From: Candidatus Heimdallarchaeota archaeon
Lineage (GTDB): Archaea > Asgardarchaeota > Heimdallarchaeia > Heimdallarchaeales > Heimdallarchaeaceae
Direction of reading: 5' to 3'
Length of the DNA stretch: 18,593 bases
NCBI GenBank assembly: GCA_016839945.1
Contig: JAEOTE010000091.1
Coordinates: forward strand, 1-18,593
Made by a program: the position numbers and the translations under genes. This document shows positions 6,845 through 16,201 of this stretch, piece by piece. Within the stretch, counting starts at the first letter, position 1, and the number at the start of each line of letters is the position of its first letter. A model generated the notes under the pieces. It was not told the DNA's origin, did not search any database, and worked only from the letters and a program-made list of their open reading frames with translations.

Positions 6845-8239
6845 GTGAATCTCTTGGATAATGACACTGATAGCCCCATGATACCCTTGGAAACTGAGCC
6901 AACTACTGTTTCACCTACTGAAAAAGATCCAACATATCTAGATGTTTTCAAGAATAAAGATTTCATGAAACTACTTTCTGGTCAGTTTTTCAGTAATTTT
7001 GGTGATGCTATCTTTCGTATTGCTATTCAATTGTATGTTTATGAGGCGACACTATCCATCACTGCAATGACTCTTATCTTAGCGGCTCAAACAGTTCCAT
7101 GGATAATAATCGGACCTATAGCTGGGGTTTTTGCAGATAGAATCAGCCGTAAAGCAATTATGGTTGGTGCTGATATCGTAAGAGGAACAGTAATTTTAAT
7201 TCTACCTTTTCTTAAAAGCATCTATGGTATCGCAATAATTGCATTTATTCTTGGTGCAGCTTCTGCCACTTTTGTAGCTCCTCGATCGGCAGCTATACCT
7301 GAAATAACTGGTTTACGATTATATGTGAAAGCTATATCACTTAGTCAACTAGTTTTTCAAACTCTTGCAGTTGTTGGACCTCTTTTTGCTGCTCCAATTT
7401 ATATTTTACTAGGTGAATCAACTTTTTGGATAACTAGTGGATGTTTCTTAGTTTCAGGAATAATCATATTCCTAACAACGATACCTTCTGCATCAAGAGA
7501 TAAAAAAGAAGTCATTTCGTTTAAGGTTGTTTTCAAGGATTTAAAGGAAGGATTTGGATATCTTGTTAAGCATCCAACAATAAGAATGCTAATTTTCCTT
7601 TTTACCTTCATAATAATTGGAACAGCATTCGCAGGTCCTTTGCTTTTACCGTATCTTTTTGAAGTAAAACACAATGCAATTTCTATTCAGTATTTTAATA
7701 CGCCTTTATCTATAACACGAATTTATGATTCAGCTTTCATTTCTGGACTAAAAGATTTGTCTGATCGGGAATTTGGTTTTTTGGGAGCAATTGTCGCATT
7801 AGGCTCTATAATGGGTAATCTAATTTTTGGAAGATTTGAGAAAAAAATAGGGAGGCCACTAGCGATAACACTAGGATCTTTAGCCATCTCACTGTATTAT
7901 TTTGTATTTCTTTTCAAACCAAGTTTCTATGTTCTGCTTGCAGTTGGCTTAATTCAAGGTTTCCTGAATGGGATGTTTAGTTTAGCAATTAACGCTCTTT
8001 TTGCAGAAAATGTGCCAAATGAAGTAAGAGGGAGAGCTTATAGCGCAACGAATGCATATATACAAGTTTTCAGTGTTCTATGTTTATCTCTTTCTGGCTT
8101 GACTGCAGATTCAATTGGTGTTGTTGTAACAATGGCTGGAGCAGGCATTTTCTTGCTTTTTACCACAGTAGTAATTATAATATTTACAAGGTTTTACAAG
8201 TTTGCTTCTGAGCCTCCTAGTCCGATTCTGAACTCTTAA
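6845..8239 (+). CDS. MFS transporter (DHA3/MefA-like H+ antiporter family)
   Basis: About 12 hydrophobic segments, GQFFSNFGD, motif A GVFADRISRK, DLKEGFGYL and VPNEVRGRAYS. The start may be GTG 6845 or ATG 6878. Confidence 0.92.
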   Translation: MNLLDNDTDSPMIPLETEPTTVSPTEKDPTYLDVFKNKDFMKLLSGQFFSNFGDAIFRIAIQLYVYEATLSITAMTLILAAQTVPWIIIGPIAGVFADRISRKAIMVGADIVRGTVILILPFLKSIYGIAIIAFILGAASATFVAPRSAAIPEITGLRLYVKAISLSQLVFQTLAVVGPLFAAPIYILLGESTFWITSGCFLVSGIIIFLTTIPSASRDKKEVISFKVVFKDLKEGFGYLVKHPTIRMLIFLFTFIIIGTAFAGPLLLPYLFEVKHNAISIQYFNTPLSITRIYDSAFISGLKDLSDREFGFLGAIVALGSIMGNLIFGRFEKKIGRPLAITLGSLAISLYYFVFLFKPSFYVLLAVGLIQGFLNGMFSLAINALFAENVPNEVRGRAYSATNAYIQVFSVLCLSLSGLTADSIGVVVTMAGAGIFLLFTTVVIIIFTRFYKFASEPPSPILNS

Positions 8240-8333
8240 TTTTGTTCAATTCATTGGATTAGTTTCTCTATATTGGTATTACATATTACACAACTCTTTT
8301 GTATGTAAAATCAAATATGTTCTTTTGATTTAA

Positions 8334-10772
8334 ATGAAAAGAAATCAAAAGAATTTTATTTTGACATTCCTAGTTGTTACGTTGTTTTTGTCTGTAACTC
8401 TAACATCTGTAAAGACTTTAGGGTATGATTGGAACACCTTTACAACTATGGGATTGGTAGAACATGATAAAACAGAATATGGTTACCTTACAGGAAACCA
8501 TATGATGGAAAACCAATATCTCGAAACCGATTACGCAACTGATATAAGATATGTCAGCGAAGGTGTGGGAAATACTGTAGACTCCATGAATAATAATTCG
8601 AAAGAATTTAGAAGTAGTTTCAGTAGCATTTACTATGACAGTTTTGATCGCTACGATTATGGTAATAATATGTGGGCTAACCATATAACATATATTCAAG
8701 CTTCCAATAACACTGGACTATCCCCACAACTGAATTTTACTGTTGGTCTCAATGACAAAGGTGCTTTATCACTTAGATCTCAAACTGCTTTAGAACTGGA
8801 AGCTGAGGTAGTTTATCTGTTTACAGTTAATCTACGTGCTGGAGATGTATATGACCTTAATTTAAGGGCAACTGCTTTTGCATCTTACTATGTATTCTTT
8901 GGTGATCAATACTCTTTTGAAGGATCTGTAGGAGCAGTACCTACAAGAGATGTACAAATTCTTTTTGCAAGAGAAAGTGGTGAGTACTTAATCTATTTCT
9001 ATTCTTCAAATGAGAATTATATAATAATTGAACCCAGAGATATTAAAGTCAACAGTCTTTCAGTTGATAACCCAGTTTCTGGAACCTTCATTAACCAACC
9101 AAATCAAATTTGGAATGAAACTATTCACGACACTCAAGAAAATAAAAAGAAAGAAGCTGTTCATGCATTTTTCGTAACTATTCCGAAAGGAGATTATAAA
9201 TTCAAATATGTTAGATTTGATACTTATAGTACAGATGCTTGGATACTTTCCTCTGCCATGATGTATGAAGAAGCATCACCGCCTAGTTACTTAGACTTTC
9301 CAATAGGATCTACTTTTTTAGATAAATTTACATTTCATTTTGAATATGATACCAAAGTTGTTGTTTTAATTATGGCTGAAAGAGATAACACAGATTATGT
9401 TGAGTTTGATTACGTCTTCTCTATTACCAGTGAAGAATTTCCAATTTTAGAATCAGGTGAACAATACCAATATCAAGATGATATGATCAATTTTGGAATT
9501 AACATAGAAGAAACTCAAGCTATCTATCTAAATTGGTCAGAACTGGGAATGGAAGATGTTTATATGTTTAATTATGTAGATGAACAACTCATGTTTAGTA
9601 CTCCTTACACTCTTAGAACCTATGCAGAAGACGCAGCAAAACTCCTGCTACAACCCGGATTTTATTATTGCATGAATCCAGTAATAGCAAGTTATGACTT
9701 CTTATTGGAATTTAACACAGTTGATTATGTAGAGTTCAATTCTACAATGAACATCAATCTTGAACAAGAAAACGGTGCTCCTTCAAATTATAAATTACTT
9801 AAATTTGAAATTTCTCAATTTGCTTTTGACAACTATAATTTCTCATTCTTAATGCCTAATAATTATACTCTTGCTGTAAGTTGTGATACTTATATCGAAA
9901 ATTATCCATATTATTCTGCAGAAAATGACTTTGTACTTGGCAATCAACAAGTTGATGGTGAATTTTTCGCGTATAACCAAAATGATTCACAAGAATTATC
10001 CTACCTTGGATTTAATCTAGGTGAAGTAAGATATGTTCTTCTTTATATTACGGAATTATACAACAACACTGGATACTCATGGGCAAATTATGGTGATCCG
10101 TTTGTAAACCAGACCTCAGCTGTAATTAGATTAGAAAAAGATCCAGGTTACCCAGATGACTTTAACAACATTAATGTTCATATGATTAATGCTATTCCTG
10201 AAACTTATGGAAATTGGTCTGCCACTTATAACTTCAATGATGTAGAAAATGATGAAGAACTTTACTTTATTAATGCAACAGTTCCAGAATATACTTGGTA
10301 CAAAATTAGAGTATTCATTGTAAATGGTACAAGAGACAATAGTTTACACACTCTCGATACAGCTGATGGGATAAGTTTTACTTTGCAACCTTATATGTTC
10401 CATTACGTCTATAGAGATGCTGTGTGGAATAAATACTATTACAAAGACGTTTTTTATCCAAATTACTTCGTTACAATCGATAGTTCTCATGCTCCTGACA
10501 ATTATACTTATGAAATAGAATTTGGAATACTTGATCCAACATTAGTCTTTATATTTGCTGTAGATCATTCTGGATTAAATGGTTCAATTTCAATTGAATT
10601 CATACCTTATTCTTGTTCTGGATTATTAGGTATCTATGATATTGGGTTGAAAGGTGGATTGTCTACAGGTGCAATTATTGCATTGGCAGTAATTGGAGGA
10701 GCTATTGTAGCTGGAACTATAGCATTTGTCATTGTACGTGTTGTTCTACCGAAGAGAAAAACACCTTACTAA
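8334..10772 (+). CDS. Large type-I single-pass cell-surface glycoprotein with probable beta-sandwich ectodomain
   Basis: N-terminal signal peptide (MKRNQKNFILTFLVVTLFLSVTL), Tyr/Asn/Phe-rich beta-strand pattern, 16 N-x-S/T sequons counted, C-terminal TM helix GLSTGAIIALAVIGGAIVAGTIAFVIV and basic tail RVVLPKRKTPY. Confidence 0.85.
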   Translation: MKRNQKNFILTFLVVTLFLSVTLTSVKTLGYDWNTFTTMGLVEHDKTEYGYLTGNHMMENQYLETDYATDIRYVSEGVGNTVDSMNNNSKEFRSSFSSIYYDSFDRYDYGNNMWANHITYIQASNNTGLSPQLNFTVGLNDKGALSLRSQTALELEAEVVYLFTVNLRAGDVYDLNLRATAFASYYVFFGDQYSFEGSVGAVPTRDVQILFARESGEYLIYFYSSNENYIIIEPRDIKVNSLSVDNPVSGTFINQPNQIWNETIHDTQENKKKEAVHAFFVTIPKGDYKFKYVRFDTYSTDAWILSSAMMYEEASPPSYLDFPIGSTFLDKFTFHFEYDTKVVVLIMAERDNTDYVEFDYVFSITSEEFPILESGEQYQYQDDMINFGINIEETQAIYLNWSELGMEDVYMFNYVDEQLMFSTPYTLRTYAEDAAKLLLQPGFYYCMNPVIASYDFLLEFNTVDYVEFNSTMNINLEQENGAPSNYKLLKFEISQFAFDNYNFSFLMPNNYTLAVSCDTYIENYPYYSAENDFVLGNQQVDGEFFAYNQNDSQELSYLGFNLGEVRYVLLYITELYNNTGYSWANYGDPFVNQTSAVIRLEKDPGYPDDFNNINVHMINAIPETYGNWSATYNFNDVENDEELYFINATVPEYTWYKIRVFIVNGTRDNSLHTLDTADGISFTLQPYMFHYVYRDAVWNKYYYKDVFYPNYFVTIDSSHAPDNYTYEIEFGILDPTLVFIFAVDHSGLNGSISIEFIPYSCSGLLGIYDIGLKGGLSTGAIIALAVIGGAIVAGTIAFVIVRVVLPKRKTPY

Positions 10773-10776
10773 TCCC

Positions 10777-10800
10777 TTCTTTTTTTCTTTTTTTCTTTTT
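10777..10800 (+). terminator. Oligo-T archaeal terminator
   Basis: Three consecutive T tracts (5-8 nt) start 5 nt after the stop codon at 10772, between convergent genes. Confidence 0.6.
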
Positions 10801-10829
10801 AAAACTTGAATATCTTATTTGTAAGAGCT

Positions 10830-11792
10830 TTATGTGATTTTTTGTCTTATTTTCTCGAAAAAGGATGACAAATCAACATTTCCCCCAGAAATAACAATGC
10901 CAACTTTTTTTGATTTCAAATCGATTTGCTTTGATAAAACACCTGCTAACGAAACTGCTCCAGAAGGTTCAATAACAAGCTTCATTCGACTCCATAGAAA
11001 TTCCATGGCTTCAACTATTTGTTCTTCAGAAATAGTAATTATGTCATTAACATTTTCTCGGATTATCCTGAAAGTATTTGATCCCAGGGAAGTCTTTAAT
11101 CCATCAGCTATAGTATTTGGATTTATAGAAGGATAGATTTTTCCATCTCGAAAAGATCTGTATGCATCATCTGCATTTTTTGGTTCAACACCAATTACCT
11201 TGGCATTTGCACATATTGCTTTGGTTGCAATTGCTGTACCTGACAATAATCCTCCACCTCCGCAAGGAGCAAAAACGTAATCAATCATACCTACTTCTTT
11301 TATCAATTCATAAGTTGCGGTGCTTTGACCATAGATGATATTCAGTTCATTGGAAGAATGGACTAGAGTATAACCAAATTCATCTATTAGCTCTTGAGTT
11401 GTTTGTTCTCTATCATTTGGTTTAGTGCCACAGAAAACAACCTCTGCACCATAACTCTTTGTTGCTTCAACTTTGATTTTAGGGGCATTTTCAGGCATAA
11501 CAACAACAGCTTTGACTCCCGCCATTTTAGCAGCGAGAGATAATGCTTGTGCATGATTACCTGAAGAATGTGTTGTTACACCTTTCTCTTTCTGTTCTGA
11601 AGATAAGCAAGAAACTGCATTGAATGCTCCTCTGAATTTGAATGATCCTGTTTTTTGAAAGTTTTCTAATTTCAAGAAGCATTTTGCATTTGTAATATTA
11701 TCTAATGTTGTAGAAGTCATAACTGGTGTCTGGTTTATTGTGCTTCTTATTCTTTCATAAGTTGCTTCTATTTTCTCTAACATTATCTTCAT
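10830..11792 (-). CDS. Serine/aspartate racemase family PLP enzyme (serine racemase / serine-threonine dehydratase-like)
   Basis: KLENFQKTGSFKFRGA (PLP lysine), THSSGNHAQA, GGGGLLSG, metal site VEPKNADD, TIADG, RMKLVIEP and SGGNVD. There is no ACT domain. Confidence 0.88.
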   Translation of the reverse strand: MKIMLEKIEATYERIRSTINQTPVMTSTTLDNITNAKCFLKLENFQKTGSFKFRGAFNAVSCLSSEQKEKGVTTHSSGNHAQALSLAAKMAGVKAVVVMPENAPKIKVEATKSYGAEVVFCGTKPNDREQTTQELIDEFGYTLVHSSNELNIIYGQSTATYELIKEVGMIDYVFAPCGGGGLLSGTAIATKAICANAKVIGVEPKNADDAYRSFRDGKIYPSINPNTIADGLKTSLGSNTFRIIRENVNDIITISEEQIVEAMEFLWSRMKLVIEPSGAVSLAGVLSKQIDLKSKKVGIVISGGNVDLSSFFEKIRQKIT

Positions 11793-11833
11793 TTCCTTTT
11801 ACAGATTACTCTGAGATGTTTGAACTAATTTGC

Positions 11834-13195
11834 TCAATGCTTACTCTTTCCTGTAAATTTAAACGAATCAAGTTTTATAGACGGGGTTATTGTTCTTGTT
11901 CCTATTTCTGTTTCTTTACTTATCAGTGGAACATTCTTCAGAAATTGAGGAAGTATGTCTGTGAACCTGAAATTCTTTGCAGCTGATACAACTTCTCCAT
12001 CTTCTATATACAATAAACCGTCTCTAGTTAATCCTGTAATAGCTCCAAGTCTTCTATTCACAAAATTCGTATAATGAAGTCTATTTATGAAAAAGCCTTT
12101 CTTAGTTTCTTCTATCATTTCAGCTAGAGAAGAATCTCCTGGAGCAAAAATGGCATTTAGAGGAGATACTGAGCTCCAAACATAATCAGAGAAAGGAATA
12201 ATTCGATGACCAGTAGTTCTTTTCTTATCATTAAGATATTTGGATGCAAAGAAATTGTCGTAGATGACAGTTTTTGGAACTCCTTCTTCTATTATGAATG
12301 AAGGTTTCTTGGGCACACCTTCACCATCAAAAGGTGAAGCTAGTATTGTATCCGAATTTAGTGGATCATCATGTAAGGTGATTTTTTTATCAAAAAGCTG
12401 TTCTCCAATCTGATCTGTGATAAAGCTCTGAGATTCATTGAAAGAAACTGCACCAAAACCAAACGATAAAAACGTAATCAAGCTTTGAACTGCATAAGGA
12501 GACAATATTACTTCATATTCACCATGAGGATAATCTTTTGCAGAACAGGTATTAACAGAAAGTTCAGTTGCTTTTCGTGAAAGAAGCTCAGGAGTAAATT
12601 TTGAAGGATCTCTTAAACATTGTTCTTCTTTCCCATACCCTTTGTTTTCTTTCTCGGTTAGAGAATTGATGATTAAACGATTATATGTTATTCGATGAGA
12701 TAAATCTACACCGTTTGAATTTATAACTTGGAAACGAACATCGTTTGCAATGACAGATCCAGCTAATTTTGCATTCCTGTCCACAACTTCAGCTTCATTA
12801 ACTGAAGTTTCAACGATATCTGCTCTTTGAAATTCGTCTAATAGATTTCCAGTTGAGGAAACTGTGGGAATTACATGGTCTGTTGGTTCTGTAAAACCTT
12901 GGAAAAAAGGAATTTCTGGAACAAATGAAATCATGGACTCTAATTCTTTGGTGTTTTTATCAATAGATGTCTTTGTTAATGAAGTTAAAGTATTTTCACT
13001 AGTTCTTTTTTCTTTAGCAACACGAAATTTGAAACGATAAGTATGATCTTCAACATTTTGATGAATTGTTGAATTTGCAAATCTTGTGAGAGCATATGCT
13101 CGATCTACGCAACTAATTTCAAATTCATCGAAACTAGCCTTTTGTAAGGTTTTTTTTGCATAATCTATTAAATTAGTAAAACTTTCTGAAAACAT
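11834..13195 (-). CDS. TldE/PmbA family protein (non-catalytic partner of TldD)
   Basis: LTRFANSTIHQN, GEYEVILSPYAV, PFDGEGVP, TGH, TGLTRDG and KNFRFT. It lacks HExxxH. Confidence 0.9.
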   Translation of the reverse strand: MFSESFTNLIDYAKKTLQKASFDEFEISCVDRAYALTRFANSTIHQNVEDHTYRFKFRVAKEKRTSENTLTSLTKTSIDKNTKELESMISFVPEIPFFQGFTEPTDHVIPTVSSTGNLLDEFQRADIVETSVNEAEVVDRNAKLAGSVIANDVRFQVINSNGVDLSHRITYNRLIINSLTEKENKGYGKEEQCLRDPSKFTPELLSRKATELSVNTCSAKDYPHGEYEVILSPYAVQSLITFLSFGFGAVSFNESQSFITDQIGEQLFDKKITLHDDPLNSDTILASPFDGEGVPKKPSFIIEEGVPKTVIYDNFFASKYLNDKKRTTGHRIIPFSDYVWSSVSPLNAIFAPGDSSLAEMIEETKKGFFINRLHYTNFVNRRLGAITGLTRDGLLYIEDGEVVSAAKNFRFTDILPQFLKNVPLISKETEIGTRTITPSIKLDSFKFTGKSKH

Positions 13196-13346
13196 CCTAT
13201 CACATCATCTTTTAAGTGAGATTTAGTTTTGTTGATGTTTAAACGGATTTCAATTTAATTTAAATATTTCCCCGATTCTGAAATAATATAGAGTTATTCT
13301 GTTGTTCACCACAACTGTTTTAATTAATTCATTTTGATGGATTGAT

Positions 13347-13979
13347 ATGTCGGATTCTTTTTATCCTGGTACTTTCATTTGCATAGAAGGTATTGATGGT
13401 TCTGGTAAAACAACTCACGCAAGAGCACTTGTTAAAAGACTGTGTTCACTTGGCTATGATGCAGTTTATACAACAGAACCCACAAGGTATTCAATACCTG
13501 GAAGAAAACTAAGAGAAAGTTTCTTTGCTCCTGAGAGACTACCTGTTGAAGAAGAATTTAGACTGTTCTTAGAAGATCGAATAATTCATCTTAAGGATGA
13601 AGTTATTCCACAGTTAGAAGATAACAAAATCATCATCACAGATAGGTATTATTTCTCTTCCGTTGCATATCAAGGTTCTCGTGGTTTAGATTGGAAATAC
13701 ATCCTTGAGGAAAATTTGAAGGTTGCTTTGGTTCCTGATTTAGTAATCATTTTGGATATTCCTGTTAAAGTAGCTATAGAGAGAATTGCTTCTGATCGTA
13801 CAGAAGGCGTGAATACTTTTGAGAAAGAAGAAAGTCTCCAAAAAGTTAGAGAAATTTACATGCTCTTAGCTGATGAATATCCTAATTTAATACATCTTAG
13901 GAATACAAACAAAACAATAGAAGAGGTAAATGATGAATTGTTAGAACATCTTCAAAATTTTCTGCGACAAAAATCATAA
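13347..13979 (+). CDS. tmk: Thymidylate kinase (dTMP kinase)
   Basis: FICIEGIDGSGKTT P-loop, TTEPT, DRYYFSSVAYQG and PDLVIILD. Confidence 0.96.
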   Translation: MSDSFYPGTFICIEGIDGSGKTTHARALVKRLCSLGYDAVYTTEPTRYSIPGRKLRESFFAPERLPVEEEFRLFLEDRIIHLKDEVIPQLEDNKIIITDRYYFSSVAYQGSRGLDWKYILEENLKVALVPDLVIILDIPVKVAIERIASDRTEGVNTFEKEESLQKVREIYMLLADEYPNLIHLRNTNKTIEEVNDELLEHLQNFLRQKS

Positions 13980-13986
13980 GAATTGA

Positions 13987-14721
13987 TTAAAAGAAAATTA
14001 TAGTTAATATTGCAGTTGTACAAGCAAGAATCATCACTAAAACATCAAAAATTTTTATTTTTAAATCAAGGGTATAGGTGATCCTTCTTCTAGGTTGAAA
14101 ACCTTTTATTACCATCACTTCTGCTAAATCAATACCTGTGTTAATTGAGTTTGTAACTAAAGGATTGAATGATTTCTTCAGAACATGAAAGGATTGTTTT
14201 ATATTCCATTTCTTTGCAGTTAACCCCTTGATTTTTCTTATTTCATTTATTTTTTGAGCTTCTTTAGTAAGTGTTGGTATAAACTGATATATAGTTGTTA
14301 GAAACCAAGTAAATTTCGCTGGAATATACATTTTTTCCAAAGCAATTGCTAATTCATATGGCGTTGTTGTTCTGAAGAACCAAGTTATCATCAGAAAGGA
14401 TGTTACAAATCTACATTCGATTAATGTAAATGTAAAATATGGGTTGTAGGTTATGTTGGTTAGAAAAGCAAATAATGCTGCCAATACTGAAAAAATAGTA
14501 AGGAAAATAAAGGTTCTTATGAATTTTATAAATTTCATTCTTGAAATAATAACTAATACTAAGGAGATGTAAGTTAGACTTACTAATATATACAAATTTG
14601 AAGTATAAAGAACCATAATAATCAAAGCAAGAATGAATACAAGTTTTGTTCTTGGATCCAGATAAAAATGATTTGCATACTTATCCGGCATTATTCCTTC
14701 GCACATATCTGTTACTCCCAT
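13987..14721 (-). CDS. ecfT: ECF transporter transmembrane T component
   Basis: LDPRTKL N-terminal motif, TTTPYELAIALEK, QFIPTL, and coupling-helix motifs with Lys in place of Arg (IKG, VMVIKGF). It overlaps the upstream ATPase gene. Confidence 0.88.
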   Translation of the reverse strand: MGVTDMCEGIMPDKYANHFYLDPRTKLVFILALIIMVLYTSNLYILVSLTYISLVLVIISRMKFIKFIRTFIFLTIFSVLAALFAFLTNITYNPYFTFTLIECRFVTSFLMITWFFRTTTPYELAIALEKMYIPAKFTWFLTTIYQFIPTLTKEAQKINEIRKIKGLTAKKWNIKQSFHVLKKSFNPLVTNSINTGIDLAEVMVIKGFQPRRRITYTLDLKIKIFDVLVMILACTTAILTIIFF

Positions 14722-16190
14722 GGTCTAACCTCCTCTTCTTCAGAAAACTGCTTGAATAATTTTATGTCCATGTGCGATTTAATGCCCCCATCTTCAAAGT
14801 ACACAATTTCATCTACAAATTCTCTCAACCATTCCCATTCATGAGAAATTATGATTATTGTTTTCCCTTTATTCTTCAATTCAACGAATTGCTTTGCTAA
14901 CCACTTCTTGTTGTCATAATCTAGTCCATTAGTAATTTCATCGATTAGCAAAATGTCTGGGTTGTGATGTATTGAGGAAAGGAATGCTAATCTTCTTTTT
15001 TCTCCATGTGAAAGTGAATGAGGGCTATATTCTTTGTAACTAAACAAACCGCTTTCTTTCATTATCAGAGAAATTTCTTCATTATTTACGGTTTTTCTAA
15101 TATTTTTTGAAACAAAAGCAATTTCATCGATTGTTGTTTCCTCAAAAAAATGTTTTTCAGGATCTTGTGACACATATCCCAAGATATTAGCAATCTCATA
15201 ACCTTCCAAAGATTCAAGTTCTTTCCCATCAACTCGAATGATTCCTGCCTTCTTTGTCAATAAACCTGCTAATAACTTAAGAAAAGTGGTTTTCCCAGAT
15301 CCATTTTCTCCAACGATTCCTATTATTCTGTTTCTTTTAATTTCAAAACTCAAATCTTGAATTTGAAAACCAGAATCGAAAACAAAGCCCAGTTTTTCAA
15401 CTTCAATTATGCTATCCTTTTTTTCAGATTTTTTATTGTCCTTTATCTCAAAACTATATGATTTATCATTCATATTGGAAATCGTAATAAAGGATTTTGA
15501 AGGTAAATCTCTAGATATTTTTCCTTCTTTTATTTCAATAATTCGTGTAGCTAATGCTTCATAATATTCATAATTATGAGTAAACACAATAATTGTCTTC
15601 TTTCTCTTTTTTAGCTCTTCTAGAACGTTTAATATCATTAAACGATTTTTTCTATCAAGATTTGATAGAGGTTCATCAGCTATTATTATATCTGGATCCA
15701 TAACTGTTGAACATGCAAAACCAACTTTCTGTTTCTCACCTTCTGAAATCTGATTGGGATCTCGATGTAGAAGATCTTCTAATTTTAAATTGTTAGAAGT
15801 TGATATAATTTTAGAGCATAAGGTTTGTTTATCATAATTTCTATATTCCAATGGAAATGCAATTTCTGTGAAAACATAAGGTGTTGTTAGAGAGGTTTCA
15901 ATTCTCTGTGAAATATATCCTGTTTTTTCTGTGATTTCTGATATGGATGTATCAAACACATTATGGGTGTTTGTAGTAATTTCACCTGTTACGTCTCCGG
16001 AATAAAAATGTGGAATTAATCCAATAATTGAATAACATAAGGTAGACTTTCCTGAACCACTTGATCCAGTGATTACAACGAATTCTCCATTTTGAATTTT
16101 TAAATTTATATTAGAGAGAGCTTCTTTTTGTCGCAAATGATACCGGAAAGAGTAATTTTCAAAAGAGATAATTGGCTCTTTCATTTCCAT
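14712..16190 (-). CDS. ECF transporter ATPase with two fused ABC domains (A-A')
   Basis: Two Walker A motifs (GSSGSGKS, GENGSGKT), two Walker B motifs (IIIADEP, LLIDEIT), signatures ISEGEKQK and LSHGEKRR, and GLIPHFY typical of ECF ATPases. Confidence 0.9.
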   Translation of the reverse strand: MEMKEPIISFENYSFRYHLRQKEALSNINLKIQNGEFVVITGSSGSGKSTLCYSIIGLIPHFYSGDVTGEITTNTHNVFDTSISEITEKTGYISQRIETSLTTPYVFTEIAFPLEYRNYDKQTLCSKIISTSNNLKLEDLLHRDPNQISEGEKQKVGFACSTVMDPDIIIADEPLSNLDRKNRLMILNVLEELKKRKKTIIVFTHNYEYYEALATRIIEIKEGKISRDLPSKSFITISNMNDKSYSFEIKDNKKSEKKDSIIEVEKLGFVFDSGFQIQDLSFEIKRNRIIGIVGENGSGKTTFLKLLAGLLTKKAGIIRVDGKELESLEGYEIANILGYVSQDPEKHFFEETTIDEIAFVSKNIRKTVNNEEISLIMKESGLFSYKEYSPHSLSHGEKRRLAFLSSIHHNPDILLIDEITNGLDYDNKKWLAKQFVELKNKGKTIIIISHEWEWLREFVDEIVYFEDGGIKSHMDIKLFKQFSEEEEVRPWE

Positions 16191-16201
16191 TTACCTGCTA
16201 T

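Noticed and set aside
7399-11986. Short shadow ORFs 7399-7674, 8418-8699, 10834-11136 and 11726-11986
   Set aside because: They are antisense to confident genes and have no independent support.
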